The notes beneath the pieces were generated by a model. The model was not told the origin of the DNA. It ran no database searches and was given only the letters and a program-made list of their open reading frames with translations. This document shows, piece by piece, positions 1 to 7,990 of a stretch of DNA of 64,000 bases (within the stretch, counting starts at the first letter, position 1; the number at the start of each line of letters is the position of its first letter). The translations under genes were made by a program, and so were the position numbers. The stretch covers positions 34,489 to 98,488 of the forward strand of contig JACPHT010000008.1 of assembly GCA_016188475.1 (NCBI GenBank), read 5' to 3'. The stretch is from Candidatus Uhrbacteria bacterium (GTDB lineage Bacteria; Patescibacteriota; Patescibacteriia; UBA9934; GWF2-40-263).

Positions 1-145
1 CGGCTGGAAATATCCGTCCAGCTTTCACTTTCTCGATATTCAACTTGCACAGCATACGCGCCTGCTGTTTTTGGATCTTCTGTGTGAACACGAATCGAGG
101 AGTGGTGTCCGTCAGTGATCGAAAACGTCACCCAAATGGTTTGCT

Positions 146-1279
146 TCATGTTTTCGGCGCCCCAATATCAGCGACGTTTACAACAGCTTGGATGCCGCTG
201 TTACGATCATTGAGCAGATTCGCGCTCTTCAATCGTTGTTCGATCACGAGTCGAGGTGACTCTGCATCCCCACCAGGGTAACGCGCAATAATGCGCGCGC
301 CAATCGCGAGTGCCATTGGTTTGCCGATTGAAACGTCTTCTGCAGAACGAAGTGTGCGACGCGGAGAAGGTCCACCCTGATCCCATGCCTGTTCGGTCGC
401 AAGAGTACGAATCTCGTTTGCGACTTGCACTATGTGAATCGCTTCAGTCTCGCTGATCTTTGTCTTACCAACAAGCCATGGAATTTCCCATTCCGGAGGC
501 GGATATGTGAACTCGTATTCTTCAACTCGATCGCCCATTGCAGAATCAAGCGACTGATTTCCGATGTATCCCGGTCCTACCGGATTGTCAGTCAGAATGA
601 AAATGAATCCTTTCAGACCGTCAATCACGATTGTTCCATCGGTTGTTGTGAACGAGTACTGACCGGTATGATCGAACAATGGATGGAACGGCCCCATGCT
701 GTGACCCATGCGCGAAAACTCATCCAAGCACACAATTGCTTTTGGCCACTGTTTGCTTGAGCGATGTTGTTCGATGAACAACATGAGGTCGCTAGGAACC
801 CACTTTGTCGAACCGTTTTCCGCTGACTCGGCCCCGAACAGATCCTTTGGTTTGAAAATTCCTGTTCCATCAACTTTGATGAACGGCACATCGCCGAGCA
901 CTTTCGCAAGAATCTGTGCGAACGTTGTTTTGCCAGAGCCTTTTGGACCGACAAGTCGAATGCTTCGACCAAAATGAATGTCAGCTTCGATAAGCACGAG
1001 AGTTTCCGGACGAATCCAGAAATCCGCGCCAAGACCTTTGCCATCAATCGAGATGATTTGCCGTTCAAGATGAACAACAACATGAGTTGGACAACGTGCA
1101 GGACCTTTCACTTCAATAAGGCTTGCCGCGAAACGCGCGTTTGCGCAGATTCGATCTGCGAACGATTCAAGATTTCTCACTTCGACTTTTCCCGCGCTCT
1201 TACCGCTTGCGAGAGTTGGTGTGACTGTTCCGTCTTGATCTACGAAAACGACTTCGTATTCTGTCCCGATTGTTGTCAT
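146..1279 (-). CDS. AAA+ ATPase, MoxR/AAA_5 (McrB/CbbQ-like) family with ~110-aa N-terminal extension
   Basis: Walker A LVGPKGSGKTT and Walker B IVCLDEF. C-terminal AAA-lid-like region. GC-rich codon usage unlike host genes. Same strand as and downstream of the retron-type RT. Confidence 0.6.
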   Translation of the reverse strand: MTTIGTEYEVVFVDQDGTVTPTLASGKSAGKVEVRNLESFADRICANARFAASLIEVKGPARCPTHVVVHLERQIISIDGKGLGADFWIRPETLVLIEADIHFGRSIRLVGPKGSGKTTFAQILAKVLGDVPFIKVDGTGIFKPKDLFGAESAENGSTKWVPSDLMLFIEQHRSSKQWPKAIVCLDEFSRMGHSMGPFHPLFDHTGQYSFTTTDGTIVIDGLKGFIFILTDNPVGPGYIGNQSLDSAMGDRVEEYEFTYPPPEWEIPWLVGKTKISETEAIHIVQVANEIRTLATEQAWDQGGPSPRRTLRSAEDVSIGKPMALAIGARIIARYPGGDAESPRLVIEQRLKSANLLNDRNSGIQAVVNVADIGAPKT

Positions 1280-1337
1280 GTTTCTGCCTTTCTAAACAGA
1301 TTTGAATGAACATCTCCTCACATCAAAATATTACACA

Positions 1338-1419
1338 TTGTCATTGCGAGCGACCAACGAGAGCGAAGCAATCTCTTCAAAAAAGAGATCTCTTCGTCGT
1401 CCGACTCCTCGCAATGACA
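1338..1419. repeat. Hairpin element with 12-bp inverted arms ttgtcattgcgag / ctcgcaatgaca and an internal gagatctct palindrome. A related copy lies at 25226-25294.
   Basis: Seen directly. The second copy has arms ttgtcatctcga / tcgagatgacaa and an internal gagagatctctc. Confidence 0.6.
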
Positions 1420-1581
1420 CAAGTAAAACCCTGGTGTAAAAAGCGGTGCCGACTCATAACGAATAGGCACCGCAGTAAAGATCAGCGCAATGGAAGGCGG
1501 CCACGATTACGGTCTCTGACGTAATCGTGGTTGACCCCGGAGCCAAGGGATCCGGGGTCAAAAGCGCGGGAGTATCCCACG

Positions 1582-2002
1582 CTCCCAACTCTCAAGTGCG
1601 TGTTGCACGCGCTCTTGACGAGTCAAGAACCATGGAAGGACGCACGGCTTTGAGGACAGGTCTTGCGAAGCGTCCGCAAAGTCGGCGCGCTGGGACGTAC
1701 ACGAAGTGGCCGTCCCAGTGCGAGTCCGAATGTGCGTCTGTCTTCAAACTCTCAAGCGCGTGTAACACGCGCTCTGATTAGAGTTTGTCTCCTACTCTTT
1801 CGAGTAGGATTAGGTTCAAGTTCAGCACAGAAACAGCACAATGGATAGCGGCCGAGTGACGCTGGACGCGAGTCCTCGAGTGGACAGTGTCACACGGTTG
1901 GACAATGGCGCCATAGCGAAGCGGTGCGCCAGCAGTCCAAAGCGAGAGAAAATCCCTCGTTCCAAACTCTCAAACGCGTGTTGCACGCGTTCTTGACGAG
2001 TC
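1582..2002. repeat. Three direct copies of a 43-bp unit, each itself an imperfect palindrome, at 1582-1624, 1742-1784 and 1960-2002.
   Basis: Unit: caaactctcaa-gcgcgtgt(t/a)(g/a)cacgcg-(c/t)tcttgac/tgagtc. Copies 1 and 3 differ at 2-3 positions. Spacers are ~117 and ~175 bp. Confidence 0.85.
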
Positions 2003-2010
2003 TTGATTGA

Positions 2011-3270
2011 TTATTCCGTTTCCTTAACGAACGAATACGCATGACCTTGACTTATGTCACGAGTTCCAATTCGGAACTGTGTTTTTGCTTTGATGTACAA
2101 CTCGCGGATCGAGCTCGGAAGCTTCTGGTCGTACACCATACTAACGAATCCAACTATCCCGACTAGCAAGCGATGTTCGCGCGTTGTCAAAGGCCACTCG
2201 CGAGCATAAAACTTGTCTGGTGAAAGGTTCGAGTCAAGACTGATTCCTCTTTTCCTGAATGCTACGACATCCTTTTCCATCTGTGCTTTAACAGCCTTGA
2301 GAGCTTCTTCATCACCAGATTGACGCTTGTCTGCAACCTCCAAGAGATTGTGCAGAATCGCGCGGAACTTATTCAACCGCGGTCGCGGAATCGTCAGCCG
2401 GCCGTCCTGATTCGGGATGATTCCCGTAACTTCAGGATACTTCGTTGTCCGTTCTTCGTCACCTTCAGCGCCATCACCAAAGTAAGAAACCTTCGTGCCC
2501 TGAATGGTCCAACCATCAGACCTCACAGCCTGACGAATTTTCTGACGAAGCTTTTTTGGTATCACTTCATCGCTTGAAGAGATTGTGAGATCGTCAACAA
2601 ACCGAGTGTACTTGTAAACTACTCCTTCAGTCGCAGAAGCTGATCGAAGAAGTTGCGAGATGTTTCGATCGACTTGTCCCAGCAGAACATTGAGCACTGC
2701 TGGAGAAGTTGGAAATCCCTGCGGAAGAACATCGTCAACGATGAGCAGATCAACGAAAGTCTCTGCCAGTCGTTTTCCATCCTGTTCTGGAAGACCAGTC
2801 ACAACAGTGATGTAACCAGTGAACGTTGGTCCGAAAATCGCGGAACATCGCTTGCGATTCACTGTCGGAAACGCGTCCTTGAGATCAAGAAGATAAAACG
2901 CTTTCCCGCCCACATGCGCGCGAGCGTTTGTCACGATACTCGTTCCAGGATGTGCCCCATGAACAGCCAAGTGAACCGGAATCCCTTGAATGAACTGCGT
3001 CAAAAGCGCGCGAAGAACTTTCTTGAGCGGATCTGACGGAGCGTGAATCGTCCTGTGTCCCTTTTTCTTGGGAATCTTGTGAATCGTCCACGCATTGCCA
3101 GATGCCCACAAAGCTGTTGTGGCTCTCCATTCTGCTGGATCGATTTTTAGGATTTGACACAAGACTTCTTCAAGTCGTGCGTCAAGAAGAAAAGAAATTG
3201 GTAACCTGCTTTGTTCTGCCATTGTCTCCCCCGTCTGTTTCAGACAGTTGAAGTAATTCCAACGAACCAA
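2011..3270 (-). CDS. Reverse transcriptase, retron-type. Likely true start is the M of MAEQSRLP at about 3222.
   Basis: Motif 1-2 KKGHRTIHAPSDPLKKV. NAxxH box (TNARAH) before YLLDLKDAFPTV. Motif 4 LPQGFPTSP. Motif 5 YTRFVDDLTIS (YxDD). VTG motif (YPEVTGIIP) about 65 aa after YxDD. Block-by-block similarity to my recollection of Ec86 RT. GC-rich. Confidence 0.8.
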   Translation of the reverse strand: MVRWNYFNCLKQTGETMAEQSRLPISFLLDARLEEVLCQILKIDPAEWRATTALWASGNAWTIHKIPKKKGHRTIHAPSDPLKKVLRALLTQFIQGIPVHLAVHGAHPGTSIVTNARAHVGGKAFYLLDLKDAFPTVNRKRCSAIFGPTFTGYITVVTGLPEQDGKRLAETFVDLLIVDDVLPQGFPTSPAVLNVLLGQVDRNISQLLRSASATEGVVYKYTRFVDDLTISSSDEVIPKKLRQKIRQAVRSDGWTIQGTKVSYFGDGAEGDEERTTKYPEVTGIIPNQDGRLTIPRPRLNKFRAILHNLLEVADKRQSGDEEALKAVKAQMEKDVVAFRKRGISLDSNLSPDKFYAREWPLTTREHRLLVGIVGFVSMVYDQKLPSSIRELYIKAKTQFRIGTRDISQGHAYSFVKETE

Positions 3271-3293
3271 AAGAAGGCCCGATGGACCTTCTT
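3271..3293. terminator. Hairpin aagaagg-cccgatgga-ccttctt between RT start and NMNAT stop; possible bidirectional terminator.
   Basis: Perfect 7-bp inverted repeat seen in sequence. The T-run is weak. Confidence 0.3.
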
Positions 3294-3317
3294 ATTTACT
3301 GGAAAACTGAAATATAG

Positions 3318-3797
3318 TCAAGTTCTCATGGCTAAAATATAGCGATAAACCTCTTCTGGCACTTTTTCTTCCCAATCTCCGTCTTTTTTGATTAAAGCAC
3401 GAATATCAGTTGATGAAAAACCAGGAACCTCTTTTATCCATTGAACTTCGACTTTTCCTTCAAAACATTTCTTTGTCCACTCATTTCCAGTCCAAATTTT
3501 ATCAACTCGTCCAACGCGTTCTAAAACATGTTCTGTCCATTTTGCGTCATCTTCATGATCAGGAAGTTCAACAAACTCAACATCAAACATTGGAATTATA
3601 TCTTCGGCTTGAAGCGCGCGTTGAATCATTTCTTTGCGATCAGAAGCAGTGAACGGATTTTCCTCTGAACCACTTTTTTCAGAACTTCCAATTCCAATCA
3701 AAATTTTACCGCAAACTTTTGTCATTCCTTTTATTACCATAAGATGACCGTTGTGAAACGGTTGGAATCGTCCGATGAAAAGACAAGTTGGTTTCAT
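3318..3797 (-). CDS. nadM: Nicotinamide-nucleotide adenylyltransferase, archaeal NadM-type. The ORF track extends to 3902.
   Basis: Motif FIGRFQPFHNGH (HxGH cytidylyltransferase). Size ~160 aa. AT-rich like the host. Confidence 0.7.
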   Translation of the reverse strand: MKPTCLFIGRFQPFHNGHLMVIKGMTKVCGKILIGIGSSEKSGSEENPFTASDRKEMIQRALQAEDIIPMFDVEFVELPDHEDDAKWTEHVLERVGRVDKIWTGNEWTKKCFEGKVEVQWIKEVPGFSSTDIRALIKKDGDWEEKVPEEVYRYILAMRT

Positions 3798-3817
3798 ATG
3801 GAAAAAGTATAGCACAG

Positions 3818-3893
3818 AGTCATGGAGTCTTGGAGTCAAGTCAGTCAATATAGTAGACCAGATTGACTTCATTGACTCATTTGACTTCAAATT
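3818..3893. repeat. Tandem array of TTGACT(C/T)(A/C)-type octamers upstream of nadM. Related arrays lie at 10748-10795, 18256-18368, 39231-39254 and 39656-39735.
   Basis: Seen directly. The 19-mer tcattgactcatttgactt is shared between 3870-3888 and 18329-18347. Confidence 0.6.
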
Positions 3894-3936
3894 ACTTGCC
3901 ACGATAACTATTTTTGATTACAATTCTCGACATCGA

Positions 3937-4010
3937 TCCCGGGTCGTCTAATGGCAGGACATGGGCCTTTGAAGCCCAGTATCGTGGTTCGAATCCACGC
4001 CTGGGAACCA
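3937..4010 (+). tRNA. tRNA-Gln (anticodon TTG)
   Basis: Cloverleaf folded by eye. Acceptor tcccggg/cctggga. Anticodon stem tgggc/gccca with loop ctttgaa. T-loop ttcgaat. 3' CCA encoded. Confidence 0.8.
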
Positions 4011-4069
4011 TAAAACCTCTAGAATTGGATGCATTACGAAGCGAAAGTGACGCAACAATTCTGGAGGTT

Positions 4070-4984
4070 TTATACTTTCAAGTACTTCCTCATTGCCAAT
4101 CCTGTCGAAAACAAAGTCAACAAAACCAAACCAACAAACTCCAGACCAAAAATCATCAAACCGTTTTGTTCAAAATAATTCACAAGACCGATTGACTCGC
4201 CACCAATAAAAAATCCGAACTTCGGTTCAAATATCGCGATCAACGGATACACAATCAATAGAATTACAAAAATCGAAATCAGACTTAACAAAATCATCTC
4301 AAGAAAAAACGGTGCACGTACAAAACGGTCAGAAGCGCCGACGAGTTTCATGATTCCAATTTCTTCCCTGTGGATAAAGATGCTCATGCGAACGGTATTA
4401 AACACGATCAAAATTGCAATCAGCAAAAATATCACACTTAACGCAACTCCAAATGTGCGAACGCGATCGGTTGTGTTTTTGATTCTTGTCACAACATCCG
4501 AATAATTTGAAAAATCTTTTTGGCGAATAGAATCACTGAATTTCGGATTTTCAAGCGCTTTCAAAATAAAATCAAAATCTGAAACATTCTGTGCTTTAAC
4601 AATCAAAGATGGTCCAAAAGGATTGCCACCTATTTCTTCAAGTGAAGCAACTATTGCCTCGTCTTGTTTATGGATCAAAATGAATCTATCCAACGATTCT
4701 TGCGCGCTGACAGTTTGAACGTCTTTAACTTGTGAGAGTGATCTTAAATAATCGACAGCATTATCAATGGTTGTTTGCGGAGCTGACCCGTGAAAATAAA
4801 CGGAAATTTCTACACGATCTTCAATAGTTTGAATTGCTTGATTGGTTACAAAATTCAAAATGATCAAAATGTTTACAGTGAGAAGCGTCATCACAAGCAT
4901 CGTGATTGTGATAACTGATAACCAAAAATTTCTCCAAAAATTTTGAAAAGCAAATTTTGTGACTCGATAAGTTGATATAAACAT
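4070..4984 (-). CDS. ftsX: Cell division permease FtsX-like
   Basis: N-terminal cytoplasmic segment, TM, large extracellular loop and C-terminal 3 TM. Adjacent to ftsE. Confidence 0.7.
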   Translation of the reverse strand: MFISTYRVTKFAFQNFWRNFWLSVITITMLVMTLLTVNILIILNFVTNQAIQTIEDRVEISVYFHGSAPQTTIDNAVDYLRSLSQVKDVQTVSAQESLDRFILIHKQDEAIVASLEEIGGNPFGPSLIVKAQNVSDFDFILKALENPKFSDSIRQKDFSNYSDVVTRIKNTTDRVRTFGVALSVIFLLIAILIVFNTVRMSIFIHREEIGIMKLVGASDRFVRAPFFLEMILLSLISIFVILLIVYPLIAIFEPKFGFFIGGESIGLVNYFEQNGLMIFGLEFVGLVLLTLFSTGLAMRKYLKV

Positions 4985-4986
4985 AA

Positions 4987-5667
4987 TTATAACTTGTAGC
5001 GACCTTCTTCAACATCTGAAGAAATTTTTCCATCTTCCAAAGTAATAACTCTACGTCGTAAACGATTCACCATGTCACGATCGTGTGTAACAAGTACAAC
5101 AGTCGTTCCGAACTCATTTATCTTCGCGAGTAAATCCATTATCTCGCGCGCGTTAAGTGTGTCGAGATTTCCAGTCGGTTCATCAGCGACCAAAACTTTT
5201 GGTTGATGAACAAGCGAACGAGCAATTGCAACTCGTTGTTGTTCTCCTCCTGAAAGCTGATTTGGATAGCGGCCGTGTTTATCGTGAAGATTAACGATGT
5301 TAAGAACAAGCGGGACGACTTCGCGAATACGGTGAGGCGGTGCGCCAGCAACTTGAAGCGCAAACGCAACATTTTCATACACAGTTTTTCTTTGAAGCAA
5401 TTTATAATCCTGAAACACGACTCCGATCTGGCGTCGAAGCATCGGAACTTCGTGATTTTTTATATTTGTGATATCCCAACCGCCGATTTCAATTTTCCCA
5501 CGCGTTGGACGTTCTTCAGCAAACAAAAGTTTGGCAAGCGTCGACTTGCCTGTTCCGCTTTGTCCGACAATAGAAACGAATTCACCTGGTTTGATGTTCA
5601 AACTCACGCTTTCAATTCCAACAATGTTCGGCGGATATATTTTTGAAACGTTTTTGAAAAGAATCAT
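4987..5667 (-). CDS. ftsE: Cell division ATP-binding protein FtsE (ABC ATPase)
   Basis: Walker A GQSGTGKST, ABC signature LSGGEQQR, Walker B VLVADEPT. Confidence 0.85.
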   Translation of the reverse strand: MILFKNVSKIYPPNIVGIESVSLNIKPGEFVSIVGQSGTGKSTLAKLLFAEERPTRGKIEIGGWDITNIKNHEVPMLRRQIGVVFQDYKLLQRKTVYENVAFALQVAGAPPHRIREVVPLVLNIVNLHDKHGRYPNQLSGGEQQRVAIARSLVHQPKVLVADEPTGNLDTLNAREIMDLLAKINEFGTTVVLVTHDRDMVNRLRRRVITLEDGKISSDVEEGRYKL

Positions 5668-5761
5668 GATAGAAATTTAAGAAGTTGAAGAAGGTATATC
5701 AATATGATACTCTGCGTCACGATCTTGAACAAGTGATGAAATGAGACTGTTGAAAAACTCT

Positions 5762-5842
5762 AATTATTGCCTGAGCATCGTCGAAGGCAGTAAATATTAT
5801 TTTGCACATTATTCCCTTCGACAGGCTCAGGGAATATAATTT
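5762..5842. repeat. Palindromic interspersed repeat (ATTGCCTGAGCnnGTCGAAGGCAG ... CCCTTCGACAGGCTCAGGGAATA). The same family occurs at 25092-25171, 36751-36800 and 63625-63711.
   Basis: Arms cctgagcatcgtcgaagg / ccttcgacaggctcagg form a ~17-bp stem. Copies aligned by eye. Confidence 0.75.
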
Positions 5843-5882
5843 AGCTTACGAACATAGTATATCAATGGTCAATAAACGAATC

Positions 5883-5956
5883 GCGGGATTAGTACAGTGG
5901 TAGTATGCTAGCTTCCCAAGCTAGAGACGCGGGTCCAATTCCCGTATCCCGCTCCA
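5883..5956 (+). tRNA. tRNA-Gly (anticodon CCC)
   Basis: Acceptor gcgggat/atcccgc perfect. Anticodon loop ttcccaa. CCA encoded. Confidence 0.8.
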
Positions 5957-5966
5957 AAAAAATTTT

Positions 5967-6042
5967 GCCGAAGTAGCTCAGTTGGTAGAGCAATACTTTC
6001 GTAAAGTAAAGGTCGCGGGTTCGATTCCCGCCTTCGGCTCCA
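5967..6042 (+). tRNA. tRNA-Thr (anticodon CGT)
   Basis: Acceptor gccgaag/cttcggc. D-arm gctcagttggtagagc. Anticodon loop ttcgtaa. T-loop ttcgatt. CCA encoded. Confidence 0.8.
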
Positions 6043-6078
6043 AAAAAAACACTCACTTTACGTGAGTGTTTTTTTATT
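6043..6078. terminator. Bidirectional intrinsic terminator: aaaaaaaac-actcac-tttacg-tgagtg-ttttttt.
   Basis: 6-bp stem (8 with the flanking a/t base pairs), flanked by A-run and T-run, between the tRNA cluster and the stop of the 6074 minus-strand gene. Confidence 0.7.
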
Positions 6079-6985
6079 TCACGAAATATCTCACTTTCGC
6101 GTTTGATAAATACTCCGAGACCAAATTCTCAAGTGTTATTTTTGGAATCATCACAGTCATCAAGTGAATTTGTGAATCTTCAGCGGCTTCAATTCGATCT
6201 GTAATTGTTGCAATTACATAATTTTGCTCAAGTTCAATAATTTCTGACAAAACTCCAACCGGTAAATCTTTCACAACTTTCCATTCTTCAGGAAGGTCAG
6301 CAACATTTTGATATCCAAGATCATTTTCAAAAGACGTTGCGGATACTGTAAGAAAATCCTCACCAGCTTTCAAACGGCCATAAACCTGCTCAACTTCTTC
6401 ACGCACCGGCGCTTGTAATGTTTCGTCTTTAGAAACAAAATCGCTCATCTGTAAAGCAAGCACGATTGATTCAACAATTCTTTTTTTGAAATCAGTTTTA
6501 CTCCAACCAAATGTTTCAGAAAGTTCTTTTGTAAAATCGTCTTCACTGGACTGTCCAGCAACAACATCTTGATAATACTTCTCAACCGAAGCCTGATCCA
6601 ATTTCACTCCATACCGCGATGCGAGTTTGCGAATTACCGTTTTATTGACCAAAGCCTCTAAAATCGTTTGTTGTAAAACATCATTGGACGGAGGTTCAGT
6701 GGTTCCAGAATTTTTAAGATATTGCGCCAGCGCTTCACGCTCAAGAATATAAGTTCTCATCGTAATTATAGATCCGTCAACCATTACTGCTGGAAATGGA
6801 ATAATAAACGAAACTGTTTTTACAAAAGGATTCGTTGTTGGCAGACGATAAACAAGCACTGATAAAATAACTAATAGACCAAGCAAAGAAAACAAAACAA
6901 AAAAAGGCCTGAGCGATTTTGTGTCTTTGAGTGAAATGGACGAAATTTGCTCCGAAGGTTCAGCTTCTGATTTTTCAATTTTCAT
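6074..6985 (-). CDS. Membrane-anchored hypothetical protein, possibly a SurA/PpiD-N-like chaperone domain
   Basis: One N-terminal TM. Extracytoplasmic helical domain. Weak resemblance only. Confidence 0.3.
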   Translation of the reverse strand: MKIEKSEAEPSEQISSISLKDTKSLRPFFVLFSLLGLLVILSVLVYRLPTTNPFVKTVSFIIPFPAVMVDGSIITMRTYILEREALAQYLKNSGTTEPPSNDVLQQTILEALVNKTVIRKLASRYGVKLDQASVEKYYQDVVAGQSSEDDFTKELSETFGWSKTDFKKRIVESIVLALQMSDFVSKDETLQAPVREEVEQVYGRLKAGEDFLTVSATSFENDLGYQNVADLPEEWKVVKDLPVGVLSEIIELEQNYVIATITDRIEAAEDSQIHLMTVMIPKITLENLVSEYLSNAKVRYFVK

Positions 6986-7445
6986 ATTTACTTATTGAAT
7001 CAAATGTTTTTTTATCAAAGAAGTAATACCACCATTTTGTTGAATTCGCAATTCGCGTTAATTCAGATTGATCATCAAGAACCAAATTCAACGGATCATT
7101 CTCTTCCTCCCCCACTCGCCCCTTATCTCCCTCTCCCCCTTCTTGTATCACCACAACTTCCTCTCCTGGCTTCTTCATTCCCAATTTCAAACGAGCTTCG
7201 CGTTCAATAAACGACTCTGTTTGAATTGCTGTTTGAAGTTCGCTAAGCGCAATGTTACGCGCGGCAAGTGTGTCAGCTTGAGATTGTAATTTATTTATTT
7301 CAGACTGTATCTCGCGAGAACGAAAAAATTCCCTTCCAAAAGTTAATCCAAGAAAAACGATTATCACAACATTAACGACAACTAAAAAGCGCCATCGAAT
7401 CAGTCTTGAAATAAATGATTGTCTATATGACGTCATTTGTAGCAA
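6975..7445 (-). CDS. Septum formation initiator FtsB/DivIC-like
   Basis: N-terminal TM, coiled coil, then ARLKLGMKKPGEEVVVI, which resembles the FtsB signature. Confidence 0.55.
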   Translation of the reverse strand: MLQMTSYRQSFISRLIRWRFLVVVNVVIIVFLGLTFGREFFRSREIQSEINKLQSQADTLAARNIALSELQTAIQTESFIEREARLKLGMKKPGEEVVVIQEGGEGDKGRVGEEENDPLNLVLDDQSELTRIANSTKWWYYFFDKKTFDSISKYEN

Positions 7446-7935
7446 CTGCGTTATGTTCTTCTCTAAGATCGTTGATTAAATTATGAACTCGCGATGGACG
7501 AAATACGCGAGCAAACTCGATGTCCGCACTTGACCCGTTCAACAAAAGTCGAATAGTTCCATAGCGAAAAACCGTTGCGAAAAAACCTTTCACTCGGTAG
7601 CTCGCTTCGTCTATTTGACGATATGTCGCTTCTGTAACAACACGATCAAAAAAACCGCGGCGATCAATATCAACGATTCTCTTATCTGTGATAATGAGTT
7701 GGGTTCCGGACCAACGTGTATACTCGCGCAAAAATAAAACCATTCCTGAAATTAGTAACCCGAAAAAAACAATCACGCCGCCAACACCTTCGCGAAATAA
7801 TGGAAACAGAAAAAAGAACGGCACAAGAATCCAAAAAATAAACAAAAGAAAACGCGGCAAGCTCGGAACAAGAGATGTCCGAACTGTTTCGAGAATTTCT
7901 TCGTGAGGTTTTAATTCAAACGCGCGAGATTTCAT
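7423..7935 (-). CDS. Membrane protein with bacterial PH (YdbT-like) domain. The ORF track extends to 8058.
   Basis: Two TM followed by LIITDKRIVDIDRRGFF...TIRL, a bPH_2-like pattern. Confidence 0.45.
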   Translation of the reverse strand: MKSRAFELKPHEEILETVRTSLVPSLPRFLLFIFWILVPFFFLFPLFREGVGGVIVFFGLLISGMVLFLREYTRWSGTQLIITDKRIVDIDRRGFFDRVVTEATYRQIDEASYRVKGFFATVFRYGTIRLLLNGSSADIEFARVFRPSRVHNLINDLREEHNAVATNDVI

Positions 7936-7990
7936 AGTAGAACAAGGACGGAAAGGTCTGAAAAGTCGTAAAAGTCGGAAAGGACTAAAA

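Larger units (their letters stand above)
1300..2010. ncRNA. Heavily structured GC-rich non-coding region between RT stop and ATPase start; candidate retron-associated ncRNA. Strand and ends unresolved.
   Basis: Consecutive perfect stems of 7-12 bp seen directly. Examples: ccacgattacg/cgtaatcgtgg at 1503-1538, ctgggacg/cgtcccag at 1691-1719, gcggtgcc/ggcaccgc, ccccgga/tccgggg. Only short, implausible ORFs. GC-rich. Confidence 0.4.

Noticed and set aside
625-1083. Antisense or overlapping ORFs inside confidently called genes (e.g. 625-1083, 5275-5646, 13278-13571, 23636-24079, 37357-37777)
   Set aside because: Embedded in long conserved genes on the opposite strand or other frames. No independent signals.
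1582-2002. CRISPR array for the three 43-bp repeats
   Set aside because: Only three copies. Spacers are 117 and 175 bp and unequal. The repeats are long imperfect palindromes with degenerate flanks. No cas genes.
2011-3270. Group II intron or DGR reverse transcriptase
   Set aside because: The RT has the retron-specific NAxxH and VTG boxes and QGxxSP (DGR RTs usually have SQ there). There is no room upstream for intron domains I-III. No ac.gctc-type domain V pattern was seen downstream. No TR/VR pair in a target gene. I did not fold the minus strand, so an unusual intron is not fully excluded.
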